Assembly (NCBI GenBank): GCA_035084275.1
Contig: CM068750.1
Location: forward strand, 9,610,001-9,674,000
Direction of reading: 5' to 3'
Source: Hydrolagus colliei
Taxonomy: Eukaryota
DNA length: 64,000 bases
Shown: positions 13,166 through 27,405 of the stretch, piece after piece
Layout: every line of letters starts with the position of its first letter
How positions within the stretch are numbered: position 1 is the first letter of the stretch
Translations under genes and position numbers: made by a program
Notes under the pieces: generated by a model
What the model saw: only the letters and a program-made list of their open reading frames with translations
The model's database searches: none
Told to the model about the DNA's origin: nothing

Positions 13166-14879
13166 ATGATGATCCCAGGGGATGGATGATTAATCAGAAA
13201 TATTCTCTTGACATCTGACCTCATAATCAGGAGTTGGACAGGCTTTTGTGAACCGCGCCTGGACTCAGGTTTTGGTTCAGAGAGTCAAACTCACTATTGA
13301 TTGCCGGTTGAGTTCACTCTAGCATGAGCCACAAAGGTGTGATGGCAGGTCTGGAGAATATTGTTTTTGCCACATGTTGGGTTTGCCTGGTTGTACATTT
13401 TTATTTGAATTGCCAACGATGCACAATATTCAACTAACCTCATAGCCAAATAGGATGCAACGCATACATTTCAAAATATCTGCACTCACATGTATACAAA
13501 ATATCCTCATGGAGTTACTATAATTGTAAACTCAATGATGGTACTTACACATGGCCATCAAATCCTGTTTGTGTAGATTGGCAATGTCTCTATGCTTAGC
13601 AACGTGGGTAATTTCCACCTTTACAAATGTTTTCCCTCATTGTTGGTTTAATACATCAGAGAGAGACCGACAGCCAGGCTCTGCGATCACCACAGGTAAT
13701 GCTCACAGAATATCGAATTGGAACTCTCCACTCCAGAGAAGAAACCTCAATGCAACGACAGTAGCTCAAAGCAATTGTTTTATGGAGAACACACATGCAA
13801 ATTAAACCTATAACATTATCTTGTGGTGGGTGGGAGGTGGGGGGATGTGGGGGGTTTCTCACACAAAAAGCAGAAACCAAATATCTTAATATTTTAATAT
13901 CAATTGTTGACAGATTTCACAATACCCTCTGGGTCAACTGCTAGCCATTTACACTGAGTATCAGCAACAACATGGCAATAACTTACAGCATTTCATTTGG
14001 TTAAAGTAAATAATGGAAGAGAGAGAAAAAAAGAAACGTTAGTTCGTACATCCCATCACAGACCAAGCAGGTCATTTGTTTTATGTTGTTCTTATACAAT
14101 CTCTCAGGCTTTAAGTGAAGCATGGGGACCAGAGATTAACCTTGCCCTCAACAGGTGAATTATTTTCACCAAAAGACCAGTCATTTGCGTGAAAGCTTTT
14201 CGCCTGGCGGACACAAAGGGTCAGGCGAAGGGTCGTGTGGTGCTAATTCTCTGTTTGCTTGAACTGCAAGAAGATTAGCAGCCAGCTTTTTAATCATGTG
14301 CATCTCCCAGCAAAAAATGCTAGGAAATTGATTTTTCGCGGGTGGGGAGAAGCGGGAGTAAATTCTGTGGGCTAGAATGTATTTCATTGGCAAACTATGC
14401 TCTTGTGGTATTGCAGGATTCCAGAGACCTTGATCTCTTGATCACAATACATGACTGATTGATCTCTACCAGCACTATCTGCTGTAGGATGCTAAACTTC
14501 AGCAATAATTCAATAATCTATTGCATATACTTTATTTCCCAAGAAATTGCTGTTTAAGGAAATCTTTTAATACTAATCACGTTCTACCATACATCTTCTC
14601 ATTCTATGACACTGTCACCCTTATGACTCTTTAATCCACATCACTTCTGTTGTGCTCCATACTTGTGTACCAGAAGTTCACACAAAGATCTTTATATATT
14701 ATAAAGGTCATAAAATGGCAGGTGGTGGGTTTTGAACTTGAGGATTATATTGATGTCCATCAAGGGCTTCAGCTTTATTCACATGGTTTATTACGTCCAA
14801 AATCACTTGGTTGAATTACTATCTATAACTCATAAGTTAGATCTCTGTATTATTTCTAATGTTACAAATGGACACCGGC

Positions 14880-15410
14880 AGTGGGTGGATGGTGTAAAGG
14901 TGGTGTAAAGCTCATTCTCCTTTCATCTCCAAGACCCAAAGCTTGAACATAGGTTGGACTAATAGCTCCAACCTTTCTTCTTGGATATAATGTAAGCTAA
15001 TCACTAAAATTTATCTTTCTGCAATGTATTTAAAAATGGAAAATAGTGTAAAATACACCACCTCCTTTAGCTGTTTCCTCTCCTTCTGCAAGCAATCTGA
15101 AAGCAGTTTGGACAATCTCTACAGTTCCAATGAAGGATATATACAATGCACAAACTTTCATGCATTTCATATTAGAAACTGATGCTAATTTAGCATGTCT
15201 CGTGTTTGGGGCTAATACATATTGTTGGATGGAGTACAGGGAGCCTTACTCTACAACTGATGTGTGCTATACATGACCTAAGAGTCCTTGATACAGTTAC
15301 TATGGGGGTATTTTCCACTGGGAAGTGAATTAAGTGAACCAAGTCATATCAAGTGGTGTGTTCTGCATCACTGACATCCTTTTGCTTGGCCACTCAAATA
15401 TTTTGCTCTC
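14880..15410 (+). mobile_element. Possible ancient LF-SINE-like relic in two pieces
   Basis: Head-like ctcctttcatctccaagaccc and 3'-like gggagccttactct..gtgctatacatgacctaagagtccttgat..cactgacatcc resemble my recollection of chondrichthyan LF-SINE-related repeats. Confidence 0.35.
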
Positions 15411-18400
15411 CCCTCCACCCAAAATGTTCCAATATTAAAGACGTTCTTCTTTAATAGTATTCCTGGCTCAAAGACAAATGTTATTATATGCAACAAAACT
15501 AATGCTAAAATACAAGTATTTTAAACTCTTCAATAGGCCAAGTTGTTCCTTTAAGTCAATATTACCTTGAGTACATTATTTGCTGTATAGACTTAAATTG
15601 CACACTGCAACTATGGCACGAACAAGAAATTTGTGTTAGCTGCTCTGTATTTTACTCAATCCCAACAAGTTCAATTGATTATTTCATTGCCTGACATGTT
15701 ATTAGTCATTCAATTTAGGGACAGGAAAAATATTCAGAGAAACCATTAGGTATTCCATTCTTGGCCATATCCTTTCACTAGTGCAGTGCAGAAAATTGTT
15801 CTGAACTACTTTTATTTTTACTCAAGACAAAGAGGTGAAAACATACACACAATAAACCATGATAAATTTGATTTCAATGATAGGCACAATAAAAAGCAGA
15901 GTCAATAGGAAAAATAAAATAGTGAAAATCTTTACGGGTTCGAAAGCATGACAATCATGCATCGACCAAGTCAAGCCAAGTACAGTTTTAGGTGGCATTA
16001 CCTCAGATTACACAGATTATAATTTTTTAATCTGCTTTCCTCTCGTCTCTGGAAATCATAATCAATTATCGATTATGAGTTGTGGTATTTCATTGAGTTT
16101 AGTTAGACTATCAAAGCAAGAAAAAAAGATTGTGTGAGAGACACACAAACAGTTAAAAATTAACACGGCTCCTCTTAATAGTCAATAATATTTTTTCTGG
16201 TAATTACACATCACTACCTCTCTTTGGACTGAGGAGTTTTCATTTCAGTTCGAAGTCAAAGTTTATGTGTGATCTACTAAAATATCTGTTGAGTCACAAA
16301 TCACTATAATTTGCGTATAGTGATTAAATTTTACAGTTCTGAATTTACCCTACAAATGCCTGGGTTCTGTGTGTAATTTGCACAATGATTTATCAGATTG
16401 ATAGTGGATGTAATAATTAATCTCGGCTTTCTAATATTTCATGCTAACAGATGCTAGGTTGCTTAAACCATTAACATTTGTCAGCTGCCATTAGTAATTT
16501 CTCTAATGAGATTTTTGTGTTCTGCTTTTGAAAATGTAAGTGTCATATGTTATACATTGTCATATTTGATAATTCCTGAGGCCTTTATTAAAGAGATTTA
16601 CAGAGTTCAAAAATCCATAATTCAGTGCCATTTAAATTCATGAACTTGGAATATGACAAATTTGCACTTACTTTTTAACATTATCAGGAGTGACCTTATA
16701 GCCACTTCTTTTTTATCTCATAGCATTCAGAAATGAGTTTGGTTTACATTTCAAAATCCCACCCATTTATTATTCAGTCATCTGCCTTGGTTCTACATTG
16801 TTTAGAATGCTTCACACACTGTGAACTTGATTCGGCTGTGTGCTTTTTTTTAAATTTCAATTACAGCAATATTAACATTTTAATCCAGTTTAGATTCCAA
16901 TTAAACTACTTCAAAAAAAATCTCCTCCAGATGTGTTAAACCTCTGGAGAAACTTCAGCTCTGCTGTGAATTTTTCTGATAACGAATGGAGATAAAATGT
17001 CTCCTGGTTACTGCAACATTCATATTACTTTGCCTTCTAATCAGCAGATAAAAATTAAAGCTTGATATAGTACGCTCTTTGCCATAATTTCTTTTCTGTC
17101 TAACTTTCGGCACTACCATCGAAAAATAAACGCAAGCTATTATGTCTTTTAACATAATTAGAATGATGAATGGGTGACTGCGGAGAATTTTAAATGCTTA
17201 GGTCTTTAATAAAAGGTTTCCAGAAATATCTGCACTCCAAGGACCAATGTTGCATTTTTGTAATACCTTTAATTTTGTAAAATTGTGTATGTTTAAAATA
17301 TAAATGATTTTTTTTTGTATTCAACCTGCTGCTGAATTCTTTCCACTTTCTCTCTATGGTGCTAACAATGCAGCACCTCTTGGTCAAGCTCCAATGAATC
17401 TTTCAGGCACTGGGATCATGTTTGATATTGTCAGATGGCCTGGAAAATTAAAAACCCAATTAAAGACTCAGCACGCAGGTCAACTTCTCTGCATATCAAA
17501 AGGCCTCCTCTGGCTATCTTACCCAAATTATATCCGTTAACAGCTCACTTTGCAGAAAGTGCAATAGCAGACCATTTATGAGTAATAAGTACTTTCCAGC
17601 TGATACTTTTCAAACATAAACTGCTTTCATGGCAGCGGAAAAAGTACAAGTCGTAATCAAATTGTCAATTTTTCCTTGGAAATGCAAAGGATGCATTGTG
17701 ACTGTAATTGTTAGCAGAGAATTGCACTTTATTCACAAACTGAACATATTTACATATTTGCCTAAGCATGAAAGATTTCCTGTGTCTAGTTCTGTACTTT
17801 CTAAATAAATAGCCTGATAATTTCTTTTAAACTGGTATGAAATTCTATGTGTTGTTTTTTTAATTAAATAAACAAGATTAAAGAATTGACTGGACAAGAA
17901 AAACAAACTATGAAATTTCCCTACACCGCAAAAGTATTAATGACCACCAGAATATTAATAATTTGGATATGCTGCCTGGAGAAAATGTCAGAGTCAATTG
18001 TCAGACAATGACTTAGTTTGTCATCTTTCATTGCAGAACAAGAACTGACCTTGCTAAAGTTGTTTCATAAGTTTCTCCTCCTTCAATTGGTTACTAAGTC
18101 ACTCTAGATACTAAAGCAAATAAACCACTATGTTAAATTTACTATATATACTATAAAGATTAATGGCTTCAAAATCCCCAAATATTCAGATGTTTCCATT
18201 AGTTAGAAAACACTCGGTTGATAAATAATGGGAGAGACTAAATTGCTAATGCATTAAGTGTCTATGTTCAGGCGTAAAAGACTGAACGTGATGACATGCG
18301 AGGGGTGGTAGAGCAGATTTGTGTTTATAACTGGGAACTAAAGAATGTCTTCCAAGCCAGTTACTTTTCAACTGGAATGCGGATCACTATAATTTACCTT

Positions 18401-21400
18401 ACATTACACACAAGCTTCTAATCATGGTTTGTACAATTTTTGTGTGTCTGTAGAAAGAATTTGGCAAAATTTAGTTTAATATCTTTTAGTGATAAATGTA
18501 TATAATATGCATAATAATTCCAAACTAGTTCAAATACCACTGTTGACCTATGTAATACTAATATTGGCCAATATGAATAAAATCTGTATTTCAGGTAAAG
18601 GCTATATAATAACAGACCTAGAAAGATTGAGCAATCTTGAGTAGCAATGGATGAACAGGACATTATGATTTTTTTCTGTCATGGCCTGTATTTTTCTGAC
18701 AGTCGACAACGAGAAGAAGTTAAAGACTCACATTGAGCATCAGGATAGTGACAGCTAACCTGACAGGTCATAAGATGACTGCAGAATTAGCCTTACTTAA
18801 TTCTCAAAAACATTCACAGCTACTGACGGGGAAATGGGTACATAGATATTTACCTCACACATTTTTCTTTCATTTCATGTACAAATTAGATATTCTCTAC
18901 TTGTTAACAAGATGAGCCTGTAGCATATACAATTCTATATTTAGTGCCGGAGACTAAGCAGCAGGAAAGAAGACCTTTCTCTTGCCTTGTGATCGCAGCT
19001 AGCTTGACATGACACTAATTGTGCTATCTTTATCTAAATCCATCCAGGTTGACTCCCAGTTCATTTATATGCTGGTTTGTACTAGTGTCAGTAAACCATG
19101 AACCAATGCATCCAATTCAATATGGCTGTCAAAAAAACAAAAGGATCACACGCCATTTCAACTTACTATGGATGGGATGTAGCTACCTGTTCTACATTAA
19201 CAGAAAAAAAGCTTCATATTTGGAGCCAATATTCGAAGTCAATGGTTCTGTGCATGTTGGAGACAGGATTTAATTTGATACTGGGAATATGTTTGAAATT
19301 CCTGAGCCCTACTAAAGCATTTAAGATCTCACTGCTGAGTTATGAACCGCTAAGGTACATTTTTCTAAGCATCCTTGTTTCCCTGCAGATTAACAGTAAC
19401 TTATGGAATTTTATTACCAGCCTTCATTTCTACTATGTTTATTTTCCTTGGTGGAAGAACAACTTTTTCAGTGCCAAGTGGAAATGATCATGCATCAATC
19501 GCTTCACATGCAAAAAAAACATCTTTCCCTCCATCTCCGCGCCTCCGCAACACCCCCCATCTCCTTCACCCACCCCCACTGGGATATTTCAAAAGTTATT
19601 TGATTCTTTTACTGCGTGTAAAAAAAAGGTGTTGACAAAGTGCGTGGGAATGGATATTAGAACTGTTTTGCCGCATTAGTACTAATGTTAATATTTTGTA
19701 ATTGTTTACTGATATCATTTGAAGCCAAAGTAATTTTAGGATTGCACCAAATTCATTTCTTAATTGTGCATCGAGGTAACCAACTATTCTTGTGCTAATA
19801 TGTAAGTGAAATATCAGTTTGTAGCACTATTTTACACTAGTTTCTGTCATTTTATCAGCTACACCAGTAAGAATGAGCTCAATTTGGACCAGTAAATGAA
19901 GGACCAGTTTTATCCTGTTGTTGCTTTGAAGTGACATTTCACTTTCTGATTACCAATACCTCACAAAGCTCTTATTCCTTCAGGTATAGAAGCCTCTTAT
20001 ATATTTCTTTTACAATTTTGTAACCGAACACTTTAAGTCAATCCAAGCATTTGCTAGTGGTTTTAAGTTGACACAAAAATTCCTGGACACGGACTTTAAA
20101 AGCACAATTGAACACAGATTCGGGGGCTATCTGATCCCATCCAATCAGCCACTCATTTTAACCACAGCATAAACTGATTTTGCTGACATGAGTGGAAAAA
20201 CCTCTTTTGATTCATTTTGGCAGAAACAAAATAACTAATTCATACAACCTGATGTGAAAACAGATTAAAAGATCCTATATTTTGTAATAGCTTCTTCTGT
20301 GTTTTGCAGGCCTTTCAGCATGGTTTAAGACAGCAATTCTAAAGACCTGATTATTAAATATTGCTATTTCTGTAGCCATGATTTGCCCTTGCTAAAACTG
20401 GTAGAACCAAATTATAGTGCCAGATAATCTTCTGCCAGCTATTTGGCTATAGTGTTTCAATGCTTGAAATCCACATCATGTGGTTAACTTTATTTGTTAG
20501 TCTCTGGCAAGTATCAACTTGAACAGCAGCTAAAACATTCAATTCAAGTGAAGGTGATGACGGTATAATGATTATCGAGTGATAATCTACATTACCTGGA
20601 AATAATTATATTACTATACAGTAACTTTACTTATTAAGTCTTATCAATTATATTTTTTGTTTTTTAAGTCGTGGACATCAATGGAAATTATATCACAGCA
20701 TTTACAGTGGCAAATTGCCTTAATTTTAGACCATCCAAGGCCTCTCTTTAGCTTAACAGTAGGGAAGTGAAAAATATGCAGATTGACAGCTGCTCCGCAA
20801 CAATACACCAGTACATATAAAATACTTCTACCTGTGAATGCTGAATAGATCCCTTTTAGTTGGTGGAGCATCAACACCGGATCAAAAATCTGCAAACTTC
20901 CCACAGATAATCAGCCACAACATCATAATGCGATCCAATAGCACAAATAAATCTGCAGCATCCTTGCCAACCAAGTCAATCATTAACACAATTGAAAGAA
21001 ATTCTACATCTGGGGGAAAAAAAACAACAGAAAATTAGCTTCATGAGACCCCAATGTATATCAAGAATTGCAACCTCCCAAAATGCTTTTGAGTTTCCAA
21101 ATTCAGGACAAAATCTGAACTGACTTCATATCCATAACAACTATCCTCCTTTACATCCCAAATTGCCAAAATAACGGGTTGAAAATTTGAATAAAAGTAA
21201 ATCTTCAGCAAAATGGCCACTGCAGGTTCCTCGATATTGCATATGGTGGACCATCATACACAGCAGGTCTAAATTGTAAAAATAAAGAACTATGTCCCAT
21301 TCAGCAGGTTTTGTTTCGCTGTTTCCCAAGACAAGGAAATATGGAAACATGTTTTGATTTCACCTGGGAATTTTCTTTTTTTCCAAAGCAGATTATCAGT

Positions 21401-24400
21401 AAATATGAGTTTGCAGGAAGCCTTTTTCTTAAACACAAATGACAGAATCATTGTTGGGAAAAAAGAACAAGGAAAACAAATTCTGTTCCTTTGGTGTGTT
21501 CCTTTCCACATTCATCTTCATAACAAATAGACTTGTGTGTCCCAATGTGCCATTTGGAAAATATTGGGTCATTAAAAGTAGTTCATATATTGCAAGCTGC
21601 ATATCTGATATGACACATACAAAAGTTATTTAAAATCAGAGTAATGTAACTTGATTATTTTTAATATTGATATAAGGATTCAGAAACAAACTAAGCACAT
21701 ATATTGCACATATCCTGTACAAAATACAGACAGAAACATGCATATGCAGGCATCTGAAACTGAAGGCAAATAAAATCCATTGTCTTGAATGTAATGAAGT
21801 CTGTCATGTGAGATCAAAATGCAGAGAATATTTACATTTTGCCACTCACTGTGTCTACACCATGCGACTTACAATTTTCCCACATCAATGGACATGCTTT
21901 AATGCATTATGCAGTCATGACTCAATGGCCTGGCCATGTCTGTTGCCAATGAGTACGAGCGGACAAACAACTGAAATTTACATTAGAAAGACAAACATGT
22001 GATGTAAAAATATGATGAAGTTTCCAGATTACTGGGTAAAAACTGATTATTTGTCGTCCAATTGTTCTTACAACCATTATTTTATAAGGTTCTGGACATT
22101 CCCTACATCCTTCAACAAACTGGAACATTTTAAAATATATAAATTGAATTTCATACAATTATAAAGGGAAGATTACAACTACACTATTAACATAGCACAT
22201 TAGCACATTATAATGCATACAATAACTAACAACATCAGAGTTCTGCCTCTTCCTTTACAAAGGTGTAATTTTACATCAAAACACATTAGGTAGGTTGGGT
22301 TATTAGGATTCACGTGCTATTAAGGTGTTGAACCAAATGATTTTGCTAGCCTTTCAGAATATAAATATTTCCAATACTTTTATTCTGATATCATAACAAG
22401 CGGTTCTAACATCAGTCTATTCTGAAGCCTATTACTAAGCTGATATGTCATAAAAGCTCCCTTTTAAATTTGCTGTGAATGTTGCATCTCTGGTGTTATA
22501 ATAGGCAGGATATCAGTTCAAGCCTTCGACATTTTTTTTTGTTTTGACTGATTATTCTGATTCTGAATATTTCACCAAAAATCTGTCTATTATGGAAAGA
22601 TTCTGCTCTTTCTGTCACACGACTGAAAAAAAAACTGCTTTAGAAGACTTGACACCAATATATATTTTTTAGTGCACTCAAATAAAACAGTTATCTTAAA
22701 ATTGTAACTGTAGCAGTGCACTGTGGATTAGCACTCAGCCAAGGAGGAGGGCAGAGGGCTGAGAGAAGTAAGCATTACACTCTCTAGGAAAAAAAACGCC
22801 ACGGCTATTTCATTAAAAAGCTTCAACTAGCGCTGCTGTTAGCACTGTCTTTTTGATGGAATAAAATAAAGACGCTGAAACATAAAGCAATTTAATCACA
22901 TTTATTCAGCATGTCAGGGGACGACTCTTACGTCCTCAGTTGGTGGATTGAGGTAGGGAAGGAAGAGCCTCCAGACTTATTGGGGTCTTTGGGCTGGTAT
23001 CCCGCCCAGGTGCTAGCCAACAGAACTGCACCCTCACTACAAGCTGAATCAAATGCAAATTTAGGTATGAAAATGCAGCACTGCTTACCACGGCCCACTG
23101 TTAATAGAATTGTATTTTTACAGCTGGATGCACATGAATGCTATTAATGTCATGCTTGTGCTACCGCAAAATATGATGATAGAATTCCTCCCCATGATCA
23201 TTGCACACATGCGCAGCACCATAGCAGTCAGCCCTTGTATACCTCACTAAAATGTCAAGTGACTGTCAATTTTACACCATCTTGCACAATCACATACACA
23301 CAAACAGCAAGCAAATCTGGCACTTTGTATCCAGCTTGCACTACCACAATGAAACTGTTACTGGTAAAAACTGAACTGACATGCAAGTGTTAACTGCTGT
23401 CAAACAGCACAAGCCAAATGGCCCATTTAAAAAAAAAGTTAAAATGCATCTCAGAACAGAATGAAAATAAGTTTTAAAAAATTTAATAAATTCAAAACCT
23501 GTCAAAGATATTTGAAATAACAAATAAGCAACCAATTTATATAAACCATATTTTACTCAAATAAGCACAAGATCAGTTTATATTAGGAAAACGTCAATGA
23601 ACGCTACAAGCAGTTGAATGCTAAATACAAGATCCGACATGAAAGTATGAATAACATTACAACTTCAGGAAGATGAAGTATCTCACAGTTGAATGTTTAG
23701 GATTTTCTTCAATTGGCAAATTCATTTGCAATTAAAAAAAATTGTAAAATAATTTTTTTAATTTAATTGCATGGTCTAAGGTGTGATTTTTAAAATCATC
23801 TCACAATTAGTATTGTGAAATTCAGGAGAAGATGCCAATCCCTAGCTGCACGATACACAAAAAAATACATTAGGAGCATACACCAGATAAGAATGCTTCA
23901 TGCGACTTTAATCCTAAAGATTCAGAACAGATAATGCGCCTGATCTCAATTCATGGTTACATCCAAGTTACTAAGAAAGGCCTGATGTTAATGTTCTCAT
24001 TGTAATCAGTGTAATAATATGCTAAAACAGAATTATCCAACTGGAAGAATAAGCAGCAGTCCCTCCAGTGGTTGTCTGTATCTATTCTCCTGCAGTTGCA
24101 CTGTGTTGGTCAAACAAATTAAATTACTGTAGCAGTATGTAAGTAATTTCATGTAAATTATGGTGTTAATGTTCTGCAACACACTCCTGCCAGTAAGCTG
24201 GTGCATTCTGCTGCAACAGTGCTTCTTCACCCTCCTGGTATCAGACGAGTATATAAAATGTGTCCAACCGATTTTTACATGTGATTACAATGAACTTATG
24301 CTGCACAAATAATTGTTAAAATATTTATTTTTAAAAAACAATACACACACCCCTAAAAACAGATGAGAATGCTTAAAAATTGTCTTATGGGGATTTAGAG

Positions 24401-25541
24401 ACAAAGATTTCACAGGACTGGATTTTAAATAAATGTAGCTTTCAGGAAACAGTGGCTACATGACAAACACTAACACAAATTTCCTTTGGCGTGGATATCA
24501 CATTTATTTTTGTAAAATCCCATAATGAAAAATCAGTGGAAAATCTTCCAAGGTCAAAAAAATCTGTGCTATTTACAGAACTCAAAATAAAAAAAGGTTA
24601 TTCTCAGATCTGACAGATAATGCCAGCTTCTATGTACTCTATTATGTTTCCATACTGATATGAGTGAATATGCAGAACTTTCACAGCTAATTGAGACCCT
24701 ACAATCTGCTTTGAAGATATTCCTGTTCAGTAATTTTGATTTGATATTTTAGTACACCCGTAATAAGATGTCTAAAATTGTGATGCGCCCAATAAAGGTT
24801 TATCTGAAACTACAGTGTATCTAGTCCAACTTTTAGTACCCTTTTCGGCAACGAAGAGATTTCATTCCATTGCAGCTTTTAATTTTGTGCACTCAACCGT
24901 TTGTGTGGCTGACTGTGGAGCCGTTACAGGCTGCAAAAGCCGAGCGGCATTGTTGAGGTTTACTCTGATTTGTATTGTGATCATTTCAGAAAATAAGAAG
25001 TGTATCCTTGCATCTCATCAAAGCCGAGCTAATGAGATGACTGTCTTTCGAAAAAGAAAATGATGAAGCACCCATGCCATAAAGCATAAATTAATGCTTC
25101 AGGGTTAAATACTGGAACTAACTCATGTTTCAACAAAGGCCCTTACCAGTAGTTAAATTAACTGACATAAATACCTTCTCTCTATATATAGTCTTTAATT
25201 TACTCAGAACTGATTTTTCCTCTCTTAGCTTCACATTTGTGTTGCAGGTATAGTTTTTTTTTTGCAAATTACTGCATGCACCATTTGATTCAAGTAAAAC
25301 CCACTGTAACTGGACAAGTGTCAGCTCGGAGCAATACACAAATAGATCAGGGTATCAGCCTTATAAGGCATGGATATTGCAGATGAAGCCATTTAAAAAT
25401 GCTATTGATGGAAAATTAATGATCTAAAGAAAGAAACACTTAATTACAATGAGGTCAAAACTAAAGATTCTAGCTGTTTCAGCTTCTCATAGTCACTATG
25501 CAGTGTTGAAGAAAAGCTATAGTGATAATAGGTTTGATACA

Positions 25542-25745
25542 NNNNNNNNNNNNNNNNNNNNNNNNNNNNNNNNNNNNNNNNNNNNNNNNNNNNNNNNNNN
25601 NNNNNNNNNNNNNNNNNNNNNNNNNNNNNNNNNNNNNNNNNNNNNNNNNNNNNNNNNNNNNNNNNNNNNNNNNNNNNNNNNNNNNNNNNNNNNNNNNNNN
25701 NNNNNNNNNNNNNNNNNNNNNNNNNNNNNNNNNNNNNNNNNNNNN
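25542..25745. other. Assembly gap (204 N)
   Basis: Run of N bases. Confidence 1.
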
Positions 25746-27317
25746 CTGATTTGATCATAACCACTAATTGGATGATCATTTTTGTAAAGCCTTTCAAATG
25801 GTTGACAGTTTCTGTCTCTCATTTTTTTAATGGACTTGCTCTTTGCTTCCTGAACAAGGGAACTAAACATAGAGGTTTGCTGAGATTCTTGGTGGTTCTG
25901 GGAAGTCTACAGGTGTAATTGTCTCAGTTTTGAACAGACCTTGTCCCTTAATTAGCTGCCTTCTCGGGACCCCTAATGAGAGTGGCTTTTCTTGATAATA
26001 ATCTGAGAGAATACCTGATGAGCAAGACTCTCCAAAGTCAGATGCTTGTCAGCAGACACCATACGACAGCAATTTAATGAAGTTAAAAACTGACCCGCTT
26101 CTGAATGCTGGACTGGCACCCATGTCGTACAGCCTTTTGATTCCTGTTAGTCTGTTTCTGTTACATGTGTCAAGTGAATTAGGGTGGGAGCTCTGGAGAG
26201 AGATGGGGTAGAGGTGAAGGAGATAGGAAGGGTACATTATAAATAGGAGCTTCTGTTACAACTGTCCATTCTCTGCAGTGATTTTAGGTAATATATTTAT
26301 TGATTGTTTCACATAATGTAGAAACTGTCCATTGTCTAATTCATCAAATATTATCGTTAGTCATCCTATCAGCAGCAAAAATTATGCAAATCCATTCTTG
26401 CAGCATTATATAGTAACACACATGAAAGCATTGTTTTGTTTAAAAAAGATACCTATCGTTGAAATGTACCTGAACTCATTTAATTGTGTATTTTCATATC
26501 ATAAATTCCTATCCCTACAAAGTGTACATTTGTAATGCAATGCGCATTTCTGTTCATTATGATGTAAAACCTTACACCACTCATGTGGGGGGTACAGACT
26601 GTTGAATACATTTTTGTTAGTCAATGACCTCTCATTTGCATAATTTATTCAGGTGCAGAAACTGGGACTAATTTCCTACTTCACCCATTCCCCAGAACTG
26701 CCTCAGTTACTGTTCCAAAAATAGCATATTTTAATCATTTGTCTCACGGCTGGTCTGAATTTCCATCACTCTGACTTATTGGCATCATAAGTGTAAATAT
26801 ATTTTCAAATCGGCAATTTTGGAAAGAAACTGAAGTGGGAAAGGTGTTTCCATTATCAGCATTGAGTGCTAACCCACCATCTGGCCCTCATGCATTTTAT
26901 TTATATTCTTGTAATATTTTAGATGCCAAAAGGACAATCCTTGAAATATAAACTTTTTTTACATGACAAGTTACTAAAAGGTTTGTTGTCAGGAATCTTT
27001 GTTTCTGCTCATAATTTTGAATTTCCACCTGCTAAGTGCACAAAATCTTAAGGTAACGATTGCATTACCTAAAAACACGTACATTATTACAACCATTAGA
27101 TCTATAATAGCACAGATTTAAAATATAATTGAACGGCAAATAAGAAATCTTTTGTTGTTTATCAATGTAAATCATTACTTTGTGAGTATTGATCCATCAC
27201 ATGTATGCGATAAATTCCATATTTAATGTTTCACCATAAAGCAGTCTCTTTTTACTTTCCATGACCTGCCTGATAATGTTTGTTAACATCTCACACAAGA
27301 AACTGAGTTTATAATCT

Positions 27318-27405
27318 AGCCTGACACTAGTGCGGTACTGAGGGACTGCTGCATTATCGAAGGTGCTGTCCTTTGGTTAAGCAAGATGTAAATTCAAGGT
27401 CCCTC
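27318..27405 (+). mobile_element. Deu-domain SINE 5' fragment
   Basis: ctgacactagtgcggtactgagggactgctgcattatcgaaggtgctgtcctttgg matches the DeuSINE (AmnSINE1/SacSINE1-type) central domain start. Confidence 0.75.

Noticed and set aside
16299-16325. Perfect 10-bp stem-loop aatcactata/tatagtgatt
   Set aside because: Expected by chance in 64 kb of AT-rich DNA
23120-23340. Possible MITE bounded by agctggatgca / tgtatccagct
   Set aside because: Only about 11-bp imperfect inverted repeat, no target-site duplication or second copy seen
25444-25870. Several long ORFs
   Set aside because: Artefacts of translation through the N gap
26010-26045. Hammerhead ribozyme core (ctgatgag); similar words at ~2340 and ~55050
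   Set aside because: No correctly placed GAAA with a stem II and stems I/III
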